Of a stretch of 64,000 bases of DNA, positions 1-11,319 are shown in pieces. Each line of letters starts with the position of its first letter. Position 1 is the stretch's first letter. This DNA comes from an uncultured Verrucomicrobiae bacterium (lineage in GTDB: Bacteria; Verrucomicrobiota; Verrucomicrobiia; Chthoniobacterales; UBA10450). The notes under the pieces are model-generated. The model did no database searches. It was not told the origin of the DNA and was given only the letters and a program-made list of their open reading frames with translations. The translations under genes were made by a program, and so were the position numbers. The stretch spans positions 64,001 to 128,000 of the forward strand of contig CAWFGO010000003.1 in assembly GCA_963815455.1 (NCBI GenBank), given 5' to 3'.

Positions 1-777
1 GGCGAACTGGCGCAGCTCGGGATCCCGCGTCGGGAAAAACGAAAAACCGGCAGAAGGGAAACCGCGATACTTTTGGCTCTCGGCCTCTTTCAAGAAATGC
101 AAGATGATGGGGGCGGGAATCACGTCGAGGATCTGCGCCCGCGAATCGTAGCGCAGAAGCAGTCCGGCCAGTTTGTTATTCTTCACCATCGGCACGGTGT
201 AGCTGTTTTCGCGATACTGCATCGACAAGCTCACGCGATAGGTGAGGAACTGACCGACATCGGCGGGGTACCGCATGATCTGAATAGTCGTGACCCGGCC
301 TTCGGTCGGAATTAACGCGCCGGTTGGTTCCAACTGCCACGCGGAGAGCCGGTCGCCTACCACGGTGTCGCTGGCGATTTCAAGCGGAGTGATGCCATCG
401 AGAAATTTTTTCTCGGCCGGCTCGATCAGAGCCAGGTTGGCTTCGTAATCAATCACCGTGACGTTGGCCGCGATTTTTTCGCCGGACTCCGCGCGTTCCA
501 GCTCCACGTAGTTTTGGTTCGCGACCAGGTCCGCCGTCACCAGGACGCGGCCTTTGGAAAGAACGGCGCCGAGGGCGCGTTTCGAGAACGGCGCCTTCTT
601 TTGCCATGGCCGAAAATAATCGTAGGACTGGCCGGTTACGTTTACGCGCACGAGCGCGAGCTGCTTTTGCTTGCTCAACGATGCCGGCGCGGCCGTTTCC
701 TTCTTGGCAACCGCTGCTGTGGCCGCCGTGACAGTTACGAGGACGATTCCCAAAGATATGAACAAGCGGCTTCGCAT
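1..777 (-). CDS. Secreted Deg/HtrA-like trypsin-fold protein with degenerate catalytic triad (runs off window start)
   Basis: Not in the ORF track. Hand translation from ATG at 777 is open to position 1: MRSRLFISLGIVLVTVTAATA (signal peptide)...LVRVNVTGQSYDYFRPW...RVLVTADLVANQNYVELER...IDYEANLALI...MQYRENSYTVP...IPAPIILHFLKE. Colinear with the neighbouring protease. Confidence 0.85.
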   Translation of the reverse strand, partial: MRSRLFISLGIVLVTVTAATAAVAKKETAAPASLSKQKQLALVRVNVTGQSYDYFRPWQKKAPFSKRALGAVLSKGRVLVTADLVANQNYVELERAESGEKIAANVTVIDYEANLALIEPAEKKFLDGITPLEIASDTVVGDRLSAWQLEPTGALIPTEGRVTTIQIMRYPADVGQFLTYRVSLSMQYRENSYTVPMVKNNKLAGLLLRYDSRAQILDVIPAPIILHFLKEAESQKYRGFPSAGFSFFPTRDPELRQFA

Positions 778-778
778 C

Positions 779-2390
779 CTAAGTGTTCTTTCGGTCTTTT
801 GGCGTCTTTGCTTCGGGGCGCTCCTCGAGATTCTGTTCCTTGATCACGTTGTAACGCGTCTTGATTCGTTCGCGCGCGCCTTCCACCTTGTTGCGATCCA
901 GGACCAGAGGGGGACCGTCGCCGATCATTCGAACGACGAAGTGCTCCGGCGGTATCGGCAAATGCTCTTGCCAATTCGTCCAGGGTCCGAATTTTCTTGC
1001 CGTTGACTTCATCAACAATCCCGCCGCGATAGGGCGCGAGGTAGCTATTGATCGGATCGGGCAAAATATTCGTCAGGACAATCACGTCCGGGTGCTGAAG
1101 ATAAACCTGGTCGAGCACGTAATAGCTGAAGAAATGGCGGACACGCAGATCGGGCGGTTGATACGCCTCGATCAGATCGAGGTTTAACGGCTGAAAAAGC
1201 AGGCCACCATAGAGCACATAGCGTGGCCGGACATCGTAGCTGTGTCCCTGGACAAAATAGGGCCAGACAGTTCCGAGTACGATATTCACCGTCATCGGTT
1301 TCTTATCGCGCAGAAGATCGAATTTCACGCTGTCCCCTTTGAATTTTCGTTCGACCACTTCCGGCATCTCCACCCGGGTGCCTTCCAATTCCACATTGGA
1401 ATCGCTCGCGATCGGATGATCGTCGATGGCAAGCAGAACGTCGCCGGACCGAATTGCCTTAGCCGACGGGCCGGCCTCGATCACCGTATTCACGATGACG
1501 CCGCGATCGTCGTCCTTGAGTCCGAGATAACGGCGTTGCGCAGGATTTTGCAGCTTCGAATAAGTAAATCCAAGATCGACATATCTGTCGTAATGCCCGT
1601 CGCTGATGTCTTTTAAGAACCGATTAACAACCGGAGTCGGAATCATGTAGGCCACACCCTGGGCCACGTCGCCGCTGTAACCCTGAAACGCGACTCCGAC
1701 GACCTTCGCGTTCTGCATCACCGGGCCGCCGCTGTTACCGGGATTGATTTGGGCACTGATCTGGATGGCCAGGTGCTGATCGATCGCCGAGTGGGTGTAA
1801 AGTTGAAAATCGGTTCGCGAAACGATGCCCGTTGTCACCGACATTCGCTCGCCCCCAATCGGATAACCGTAAGCCGAAACGGTCGATTCGAGATCGGGAA
1901 TGCCGCCAAACTTCAACGGCGTCATGTTCTTGAAGAAATCGGGGTCAGACACGGTGATCAATGCCAGATCGCAGTCGTGCGCCACAAACTGAACCGTTGC
2001 CGGATATTTATTCGGATCGCTGTCCCGTTCGACCGTGAGATAGCGGCTGTTGCTCACGACGTGGGCGTTGGTCAGGATGCGGTTGCCCTCGATCACAAAT
2101 CCGGCTCCGACTCCGCGTTGGACGGCGCCGGCATTCCAGGGCGCCCGGTAATCGGGTTCCAGGGCGGTGGCTGTGATGCGCACCAGACTCTTTTGAATCG
2201 GCCCATTTGGCCGGGGCGGAACCATTGGCACCGGAATAATGGCGGCTGGCGGCGGACTCGGTTTCGGCGTAAGGCCCGGCGGCTTCAGAGGTTGCTCCGG
2301 AGGAGCCGTTGGTGCCGGCGGTGTCTGCTGCGCGTAAGATGTCGATCCAAAAATAAGACCGATGCAAAGGAAAATAAGAACGCGCTTCAT
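779..2390 (-). CDS. Secreted trypsin-like serine protease with PDZ domains (DegP/HtrA family); apparent frameshift near 955
   Basis: Triad motifs ILTNAHVV, DCDLALI, INPGNSGGP; PDZ segments. The C-terminus continues in ORF 779..1018 (PEHFVVRMIGDGPPLVLDR). Confidence 0.92.
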
Positions 2391-2482
2391 GGCCGAAAGT
2401 CCGAGAAGATCAAGCGAACTCGCCAGAAATCAAATTGCGATGTCGTGGCTCCGCTCGGGACGACCGTAAAGGCCGATGCCGC

Positions 2483-2850
2483 TTAGTCCGAGTTTTTTTC
2501 TTTCTTGTAGCTGATGAAGGCTGTCGCGTCCCCGCGGTGACAGTCACTGTCGCCGGGCCTGCAATGATAAAATTGTTGGTCGGTTCGAGTGGGTTGGAAG
2601 CATCCGTGTCGATCAGTGTCGCGGAGAGAACGTTAACGGGCCCTTTGTCAGTCGTAACGGACACCACTCCGCGTTCGGTCCCACCATCTTGCGTGAACGT
2701 GCGAATCTTTAGAAAAACGTCGCGGGGGATATTGATCTCCAAGTGCCCGTCTGCGGCAATAAACTCACTCTTCAAGTCACCGGCCAAAAGATTGGAAACA
2801 ATCGCGCACAAGAAAATCGCAATGAGCGATCGCAATAAAGGGGTTCTCAT
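2483..2850 (-). CDS. Hypothetical exported beta-rich protein (probable frameshift near 2530; ORF track ends at 2410)
   Basis: Signal peptide MRTPLLRSLIAIFLCAIVSNLLA. An alternative frame gives ATAFISYKKEKNSD with a stop at 2483-2485. Confidence 0.6.
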
Positions 2851-2865
2851 GCTTCAAGTTAGGCT

Positions 2866-4038
2866 TCAGACGCCGCTACGATCAAGCAACGATTTGAGGA
2901 CCTTTTCCGCTTCAAAAATCTCGCGGGCAATTTGTCGCGCGGTCCGCGAATGCCTCGCGTAGTCGGCATTGATCTCGCGCACGGCTTCAGCGATCTCGCC
3001 CAACGATTCAAAGGCAAACAAACCGGCTTTGCTGCCGTAATGTTCGCTGAATCCGGTTTCCTGAATAATCACGGGGCGTCCGGCGGCGAGATAACAAACG
3101 CTGCGGTCGCTGAACCATCCGGTGTTCAACCGGACGTATTGGTCCTTGGCCACGGTGAATTCTCCCTTCGACCGCCGAATGTAATCGCGATAGAGCCAGT
3201 AATCCGCGCTCAAATCGTGCGGCAAACGCAACCGCCAGCCGTGCTGGATAAATTTGCCGTGCGTCTTTTCGTCCTTGATATCGGTAGCCAGCTCGAATGT
3301 TTCGCCGGCCTTCTTCGGCGCTGCCACAAACCGCAAGAACTCCCGCGACTTGCTCCAGAGATACTTGTCGCCCCTCCAGGTGATGTCTTTCAGGCCGCTG
3401 GTGGACCAATTCGCCACCGAGGTGAGCACAGCCGCGCGGGAAGGAGATCGACTGGTCTTCCACAGGTCGGTCACCACCGGTTGACGAGTGGGTTGCCATT
3501 TGAACCCATGCAGCGGTACGGGAAATTTTTTCGTGCCGACGTTTTCGCCGAATGTAAAAAGCGCGTGGTGCCGGCCGATGTAGTCGATTGTCGATGTGAC
3601 GCCGTTGTCGATCTTGATTTGCTCCACGCCGGGATCGCTCTCGACGTAGATGATGCGATCGCTCGCCAACAGGTCGTCGTTAAACTCCTGCGCCCCGCAA
3701 ATGTTGAGGACCGCATCGGCGTCGCGATAAAGTTGCCGGATTTTTTTTAGCGAGAGACCAGCGGTCGGATAGTTCTTAAGATAACGCGCGCAAAAGCCCC
3801 ATCGATTTTTGAAATCGAACTCGCCCGCCAGCCGGCCGAGAAGTTTTGCCGCATAACTGAAATCCTCACTGGTATCGAACGTTTCCGAGTTGTAGGGAAA
3901 CCGGGCGGAATCTTCGATGTAGTAAACGTCGTGACCGAGCCGTTGCAGTCCGACAACATAATGCACATGCTGCCAGATCACCCCCGCGATCGGGCAGGAA
4001 CCCATGAAGCCCATCACAACGATGCATTTGCGCTTCAT
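2866..4038 (-). CDS. Uncharacterised GT-B-fold glycosyltransferase-like protein
   Basis: N-terminal GLQRLGHDVYYIED and C-terminal GWFSDRSVCYLAAGRPVIIQETG resemble GT-B motifs. Confidence 0.65.
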   Translation of the reverse strand: MKRKCIVVMGFMGSCPIAGVIWQHVHYVVGLQRLGHDVYYIEDSARFPYNSETFDTSEDFSYAAKLLGRLAGEFDFKNRWGFCARYLKNYPTAGLSLKKIRQLYRDADAVLNICGAQEFNDDLLASDRIIYVESDPGVEQIKIDNGVTSTIDYIGRHHALFTFGENVGTKKFPVPLHGFKWQPTRQPVVTDLWKTSRSPSRAAVLTSVANWSTSGLKDITWRGDKYLWSKSREFLRFVAAPKKAGETFELATDIKDEKTHGKFIQHGWRLRLPHDLSADYWLYRDYIRRSKGEFTVAKDQYVRLNTGWFSDRSVCYLAAGRPVIIQETGFSEHYGSKAGLFAFESLGEIAEAVREINADYARHSRTARQIAREIFEAEKVLKSLLDRSGV

Positions 4039-4626
4039 TTACTGGAAAGTCTTCACAACCACCGCCGGATTTCCGGCAACAACCGAATTAGGCGGCACGC
4101 TCTTGGTTACGATCGCCCCTGCCGCCACAACGGAATTCTCTCCAATCGTCACGCCTTTCAAAATGAGGGAATGCATGCCGATCCAAACATTGTCGCAAAT
4201 TTTCACCGGCGCGGTTTTTAGTTTGGGGCGCGGTGGGCGGTCCTTGAAGAACGGGGCGATAGCTTGCGCATCGATCAGGCGTTGGGCCGGATCGAGCGGA
4301 TGAAAGTCGGAGTCCGCGATGCCGACATTCCACGAGACCAGGCAGTGCGATCCGATCTCGATCTTCTCTTCGGCCATGACCAGCGCGCCGTTAAGCAAGG
4401 TGAAATCGCCGATCGTGCAGCGACCGTTCACGCCAATCGAAAAAGAGCAGCCGGAATAGCAGGAAACATGATTGCCAATGATAACGGCGGCCGATTGTTT
4501 GTTGCGGAGAAATCGAAAGATTTGCGCCGTCTCGCAGTAAAACCCTTCGCCGAATTCCACGTTCGGCGGGATCGGTTCTGTCCACCAATCGCTCTCCACA
4601 TGTCGATCTGGTTTCACGTTGCTCAT
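4039..4626 (-). CDS. Hexapeptide-repeat (left-handed beta-helix) acyltransferase
   Basis: PVKICDNVWIGMHSLILKGVTIGENSVVAAGAIVTKSVPPNSVVAGNPA. Confidence 0.9.
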   Translation of the reverse strand: MSNVKPDRHVESDWWTEPIPPNVEFGEGFYCETAQIFRFLRNKQSAAVIIGNHVSCYSGCSFSIGVNGRCTIGDFTLLNGALVMAEEKIEIGSHCLVSWNVGIADSDFHPLDPAQRLIDAQAIAPFFKDRPPRPKLKTAPVKICDNVWIGMHSLILKGVTIGENSVVAAGAIVTKSVPPNSVVAGNPAVVVKTFQ

Positions 4627-6368
4627 ATTGGAAATTTTCCGGAAGCGAAAAGCTTCGCATAAGGGCCGCCGCGCGCGACCAATTCCGGCCCGCGGCCTTG
4701 TTCGACAACACGGCCGCGTTCGAGGACAACGATAAGATCGACATCGTGAATCGTGGCCAATCGATGCGTCGCGATCAAGGTGGTGCGCCCGCGCATCAGT
4801 TCTTTTATCGTTTCCATGATGGCGGCTTCGGTGGTCGGGTCGAGGGCAGATGTCGGTTCGTCGAGGAGCAGGATCGGCGCGTTTTTCAGGAACGCGCGCG
4901 CGATCCCGATTCGTTGTCGTTGGCCCACACTTAGGTGGCCGCCCCGTTCGCCCACCATGCTGGCATAACCGTTTGGCAACTGCCGGATGAAATCGTCGGC
5001 CTGCGCCCGCCGCGCAGCCTGGACAATTTCTTCTTCCGTCGCATCGGGCCGGCCATAGGCAATGTTTTCGCGCGCCGTTGTGGAAAAGAGCAATGTGTCC
5101 TGCAGGACCAGACTGATTTGCGACCGCAGGGATTTCTTCGTGAGCTCACGCAAATCGCGAGTGTCCAGAGTCACCCGGCCGGAGGTTGGATCATAAAAGC
5201 GCGGAACCAGACTCAACAGCGTGCTCTTGCCCGCGCCGGTACCGCCGACGAGCGCGACGATTTGATTTGGTTCGATGTGAAGATCGACATCGTGCAATAC
5301 CGGCCGGTCCTCGGCGTAGCCAAACGAAACGTTTTCGAATCGCAGCGCACCTTTGGTACCTGTGACCGCGATTGCGTTCGGCGAATCGACCACGTCGTCG
5401 CGCCCATCCAGGACTTCAAAACAGCGTCGAGCTCCGGCCGTCGCGCCTTCCATCGCCCACGCAGTGTAGGTGAGTGACTCGAGCGGTTGATAAAGCATCA
5501 GGAGATAGGCGCTGAAGACGAGAAGCGAACCGAGGGTGAGCGTCCCGGCCAGGACATGCATCGTTCCGACGTAATACATTGCCGCCGTGCCGATCACCAT
5601 CAGCGTGCTAATCACCAGCGCGCTGTTCACATTGGTCAACGTAAGCCGGAGATTCGCCTGCATGCTTTGCTGAGCCCTGTGGTGAAATTGGCTGACCTCG
5701 AATTCTTCTCGCCCGTAGGCGTGCACCATACGGATCGAGCTCAACCCTTCCTGCGCCTGGGCCAGCACTGCGCTCTCCTGTTCCTGGATAAAAGTCGATT
5801 CGCGGCGAATCCGGTGCGCAAAAAAATAAATCGCGCCCACCATCAGCGGCACGATCCCGAGCGAAAGAAGCGTCAGCTGCCAGTCCAGTCGTATCATGAT
5901 TAGAAACGTGCCCAGCAATGTAACAAGCGATCCAGAGATGTTCGTGAAACCCTTGTTGTAGATCGTCTGGATCGATTGCGAGTCGTAGGCCACGCGAAAA
6001 CTGGAATCGCTCGACCGGCGCGCGTCGTGGTATTTGAGAGAGAGCGACTGCAGATAGGAATAGAGATCGGTCCGCAATTTCAGCAGCGCCTGGAGCCCGA
6101 TTTTTACGAACAGATAATTCGTTATCCAGTTGAGGATTCCCCAAAGCAGTTGGATCACGACGAGGGCCAGGCAGAGCAGGGGAATCAATTTGGCCGAAGT
6201 CCCAAATATCGCGTGCGGATTTCGCAGAAGCACATCGTCGACCATGATTTTCAGGGGCCACGGTTTGAGAAGATTCAAGCCAATCCCGCAGAAGGAGAGC
6301 AGCAACCCGAAAGTCGTTTGCCCCCAGAACGGTCGGTAATACTTGAGGACGCGCCGGTAGATCGACAT
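4623..6368 (-). CDS. ABC exporter, fused permease/ATPase (MsbA-like)
   Basis: TM domain followed by Walker A GGTGAGKST, signature LSVGQRQR, Walker B ILLLDE. Confidence 0.93.
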   Translation of the reverse strand: MSIYRRVLKYYRPFWGQTTFGLLLSFCGIGLNLLKPWPLKIMVDDVLLRNPHAIFGTSAKLIPLLCLALVVIQLLWGILNWITNYLFVKIGLQALLKLRTDLYSYLQSLSLKYHDARRSSDSSFRVAYDSQSIQTIYNKGFTNISGSLVTLLGTFLIMIRLDWQLTLLSLGIVPLMVGAIYFFAHRIRRESTFIQEQESAVLAQAQEGLSSIRMVHAYGREEFEVSQFHHRAQQSMQANLRLTLTNVNSALVISTLMVIGTAAMYYVGTMHVLAGTLTLGSLLVFSAYLLMLYQPLESLTYTAWAMEGATAGARRCFEVLDGRDDVVDSPNAIAVTGTKGALRFENVSFGYAEDRPVLHDVDLHIEPNQIVALVGGTGAGKSTLLSLVPRFYDPTSGRVTLDTRDLRELTKKSLRSQISLVLQDTLLFSTTARENIAYGRPDATEEEIVQAARRAQADDFIRQLPNGYASMVGERGGHLSVGQRQRIGIARAFLKNAPILLLDEPTSALDPTTEAAIMETIKELMRGRTTLIATHRLATIHDVDLIVVLERGRVVEQGRGPELVARGGPYAKLFASGKFPI

Positions 6369-6371
6369 GTG

Positions 6372-6463
6372 ATTTAGATTGCGGATTTCAAATTTCAGAC
6401 TGAACTACACGCGTCTCCAATGCCATAGGCTAAATCCGCGATCCGAAATCCGAAATCCGAAAT
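6372..6463. repeat. Inverted heptamer arrays (TTGCGGA/TTTCAGA-type ... ATCCGAA-type)
   Basis: atttaga ttgcgga tttcaaa tttcaga ... aaatccgcg atccgaa atccgaa atccgaa at; fills the gap between two divergent genes. Confidence 0.8.
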
Positions 6464-6467
6464 TATC

Positions 6468-7112
6468 GTGCATCATTTTCTTCAAATCTGGTTCGAGTGG
6501 GTGCTGACGGGCGGCTACCTGGGCATCATCGTATTGATGGCGATGGAAAGCTCGATCTTTCCGGTACCAAGCGAAGTTGTCATCCCGCCGGCGGCCTTTT
6601 TGGCAGCGCAGGGAAAGCTGAGCTTTACCGGCGTGGTCCTGGCGGGGACGCTGGGATCGTATTTGGGATCGGCCATTACCTATTGGGTTTCGCGGCTAGT
6701 TGGACGGCCGCTCATAATAAAGTACGGCCGCTTTGTGTTCATCTCCCCACAAAAGCTCGAGCGAGCGGAGCTGTGGCTTGCCCGCTACGAGGCCGGCGGA
6801 GTCTTTTTTGCGCGCCTGCTCCCGGTGGTGCGCCATCTTATCTCGATCCCGGCTGGCGTCGTCCGGATGAATTTTGGTGTCTTCAGTGTCGTGACAATCG
6901 CCGGCTCGGCGCTGTGGTGCTGGATCCTGGCCTATCTTGGCGGAAGGGCTTACAAGGCTGAACCAGAGCTCCTAAACGACCCCGAAGCGATGGTCCGTTT
7001 CATCAAGGGCCAGTTGGCATGGATACTGGTAGTGGTGCTGGTCTTCACCGTACTCTACATATTGACAATGCGCCTTTCCCAGCCAAAAGGCGACCCTTCC
7101 AGTTCACCGTAA
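6468..7112 (+). CDS. DedA family membrane protein
   Basis: ESSIFPVPSE, FFARLLPVVRHLISIPAG. Confidence 0.93.
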   Translation: MHHFLQIWFEWVLTGGYLGIIVLMAMESSIFPVPSEVVIPPAAFLAAQGKLSFTGVVLAGTLGSYLGSAITYWVSRLVGRPLIIKYGRFVFISPQKLERAELWLARYEAGGVFFARLLPVVRHLISIPAGVVRMNFGVFSVVTIAGSALWCWILAYLGGRAYKAEPELLNDPEAMVRFIKGQLAWILVVVLVFTVLYILTMRLSQPKGDPSSSP

Positions 7113-7159
7113 AGTGTCATTGTATTAGACATTAGTGTCAATATATTGACACTTTACGG
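7107..7159. promoter_or_regulatory. Palindromic putative activator-binding site (enhancer/UAS)
   Basis: Perfect 20-bp palindrome AGTGTCAATATATTGACACT (7134-7153), nested in a 13-bp inverted repeat CCGTAAAGTGTCA (7107-7119)/TGACACTTTACGG (7147-7159). Confidence 0.65.
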
Positions 7160-7217
7160 CTGATGAGCTTCTGCGGAATTCCGCAGTCTACGATGCTACG
7201 CCAGCCCAGATTGAACA

Positions 7218-7234
7218 CTGGCACTGGAACTGCT
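7218..7234 (+). promoter_or_regulatory. Sigma-54 (-24/-12) promoter
   Basis: CTGGCACTGGAACTGCT, with GG-N10-GC spacing and a TGGCAC core. Confidence 0.7.
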
Positions 7235-7250
7235 GTCAAACGGGGCAGTA

Positions 7251-7436
7251 ATGAAGAAACATAACCTTATTCTTAAGCAGCCTCGCGCGAAACTTTCGCT
7301 CGGCGATCTGATCGTGGCAGTGAGTTCGTGCACCAAAAGCACGAAGGAAACTGTCGCGACCGTGGCCGATCTCCTGGGTAGCGGAAAAGTCCGCGTCCAA
7401 AGCAACGGCCGGTTTCTGCGGGCGCGAGTTTGCTAG
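7251..7436 (+). CDS. Small basic hypothetical protein (61 aa)
   Basis: ATG ORF directly downstream of the sigma-54 motif; amphipathic helical pattern LSLGDLIVAVSS...ETVATVADLLGSGKVRV. Confidence 0.7.
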   Translation: MKKHNLILKQPRAKLSLGDLIVAVSSCTKSTKETVATVADLLGSGKVRVQSNGRFLRARVC

Positions 7437-7557
7437 GTTAAGATCGAGCAATCGAGCAACGGCTTTTTGAAGTCGCTCCGATGATTTGTCGCCGGAGCGA
7501 TTTTCTTTTTTACACAAAACGCTTTCCGCTTTCACTGGGCGCTTTTATCTTTAGGGC

Positions 7558-8853
7558 GTGATCGATCGCTATTCCCGGCCGGAGATGCGCAACATCTGGT
7601 CGGACGAACGCAAGTTCCAAATCTGGCTGGAAATTGAAACCCTCGCTTGTGAAGCGATGGCCGCGCTCGGTCAGATCCCAAAGACCGACGCCGCGGAAAT
7701 TCGAAAGCGGGCGCGGTTTTCCATTTCGGAAATTGCCGAGATCGAGAAGCGGACGAATCACGATGTGATTGCCTTCCTGGAAAACGTTGCCGCCTCGGTC
7801 GGCCCGGCGGCCCGCTGGATCCATCAGGGATTAACCTCGTCAGATATTCTGGACACAACGCTCGCGGTTCAGATGACCGAATCGGCGGGTCTTCTTCTGG
7901 CCGACTTAAAGGAATTAAGATCGACAATCGCAAGCCAGGCTCGGCGGTTCAAGATGACGCCCATGATCGGGCGGAGCCACGGCATTCATGCGGAACCGAT
8001 CACGTTCGGATTAAAGTTGGCATTGATGTTCGATGAATTTGGCCGTGCGATCGAACGATTAGAACAGACGCGCGAGCGCATTCGCGTCGGCAAGATTAGC
8101 GGGGCGGTGGGAACACATGCGCATATCGATCCTGCGATCGAGCGGACGGTTTGCGAGAAGCTTGGGCTGAAGGCGGCGACGATTTCGACCCAAATTGTCC
8201 AGCGCGATCGCCATGCGGAATTCTGCGCCACGCTCGCGATCATTGCGTCGAGTATTGATCGCTGGGCTACGGAGTTTCGTCATCTACAGCGCACCGAAGT
8301 TCTTGAGGTGGAAGAATTTTTCGGCGAAGGGCAAAAAGGCAGTTCGGCCATGCCGCACAAGCGCAACCCAATCACCGGCGAACGATTGAGCGGACTCGCC
8401 CGGGTGATTCGCGGAAACGCCGTGGCGGCATTCGAGAACGTCGCCCTCTGGCACGAACGCGACATCAGTCATTCCAGCGCGGAACGGATCATCCTTCCGG
8501 ATTCGTGTGTCCTGCTCGATTACATGCTGACGAAGCTGCGGGATGTCGTCGAGAAGCTGCAGGTTTATCCGGAACGAATGGCCCAAAATCTTGCACTCAC
8601 CAAGGGTCTCTATTTCAGCCAGTCCATATTGCTAGCGCTCACCTCCGCTGGCGCGGAGCGCAAGAACGCCTACGAAGCGGTGCAGCGCGCGGCCATGAAG
8701 ACTTGGAAAGGCGAGGGGACGTTCGCCGAAAACGCGAAGCGAGAACCGGAAATAACTGCGAAACTTTCCGCTTCAGAAATCGACAAGCTTTGCTCGCTCG
8801 ATATTCATTTTAAACACGTCGATGCGACGTTTAAAGCGCTTGGCCTGGATTAG
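7558..8853 (+). CDS. purB: Adenylosuccinate lyase
   Basis: MIDRYSRPEM, GRSHGIHAEP, GSSAMPHKRNP. Confidence 0.97.
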   Translation: MIDRYSRPEMRNIWSDERKFQIWLEIETLACEAMAALGQIPKTDAAEIRKRARFSISEIAEIEKRTNHDVIAFLENVAASVGPAARWIHQGLTSSDILDTTLAVQMTESAGLLLADLKELRSTIASQARRFKMTPMIGRSHGIHAEPITFGLKLALMFDEFGRAIERLEQTRERIRVGKISGAVGTHAHIDPAIERTVCEKLGLKAATISTQIVQRDRHAEFCATLAIIASSIDRWATEFRHLQRTEVLEVEEFFGEGQKGSSAMPHKRNPITGERLSGLARVIRGNAVAAFENVALWHERDISHSSAERIILPDSCVLLDYMLTKLRDVVEKLQVYPERMAQNLALTKGLYFSQSILLALTSAGAERKNAYEAVQRAAMKTWKGEGTFAENAKREPEITAKLSASEIDKLCSLDIHFKHVDATFKALGLD

Positions 8854-8862
8854 TCGCCTCTT

Positions 8863-8990
8863 GTCATCCTGAGCGAAGCGAAGGATCTCGCGATTAGAAG
8901 CAACGCGCGCGATCAACGAAGCGATTGCGGTCACTGTTGTTCCCACCTTCAGAGTGCGCGTGTGAGGTCCCTCGCTTCGCTCGGGATGAC
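8863..8990. repeat. GTCATCCTGAGC...GCTCGGGATGAC palindromic repeat (REP/MITE-like), copy 1
   Basis: Terminal inverted repeats; related copies at 19826, 24605 and 52829. Confidence 0.85.
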
Positions 8991-9025
8991 GTTCGATTCG
9001 CGCGCGTTGGTCGTTCTAAGCGGAG

Positions 9026-11293
<2,268 letters not shown>

Positions 11294-11319
11294 GAACTTG
11301 CGTCCCGTCTTGCGGACAC

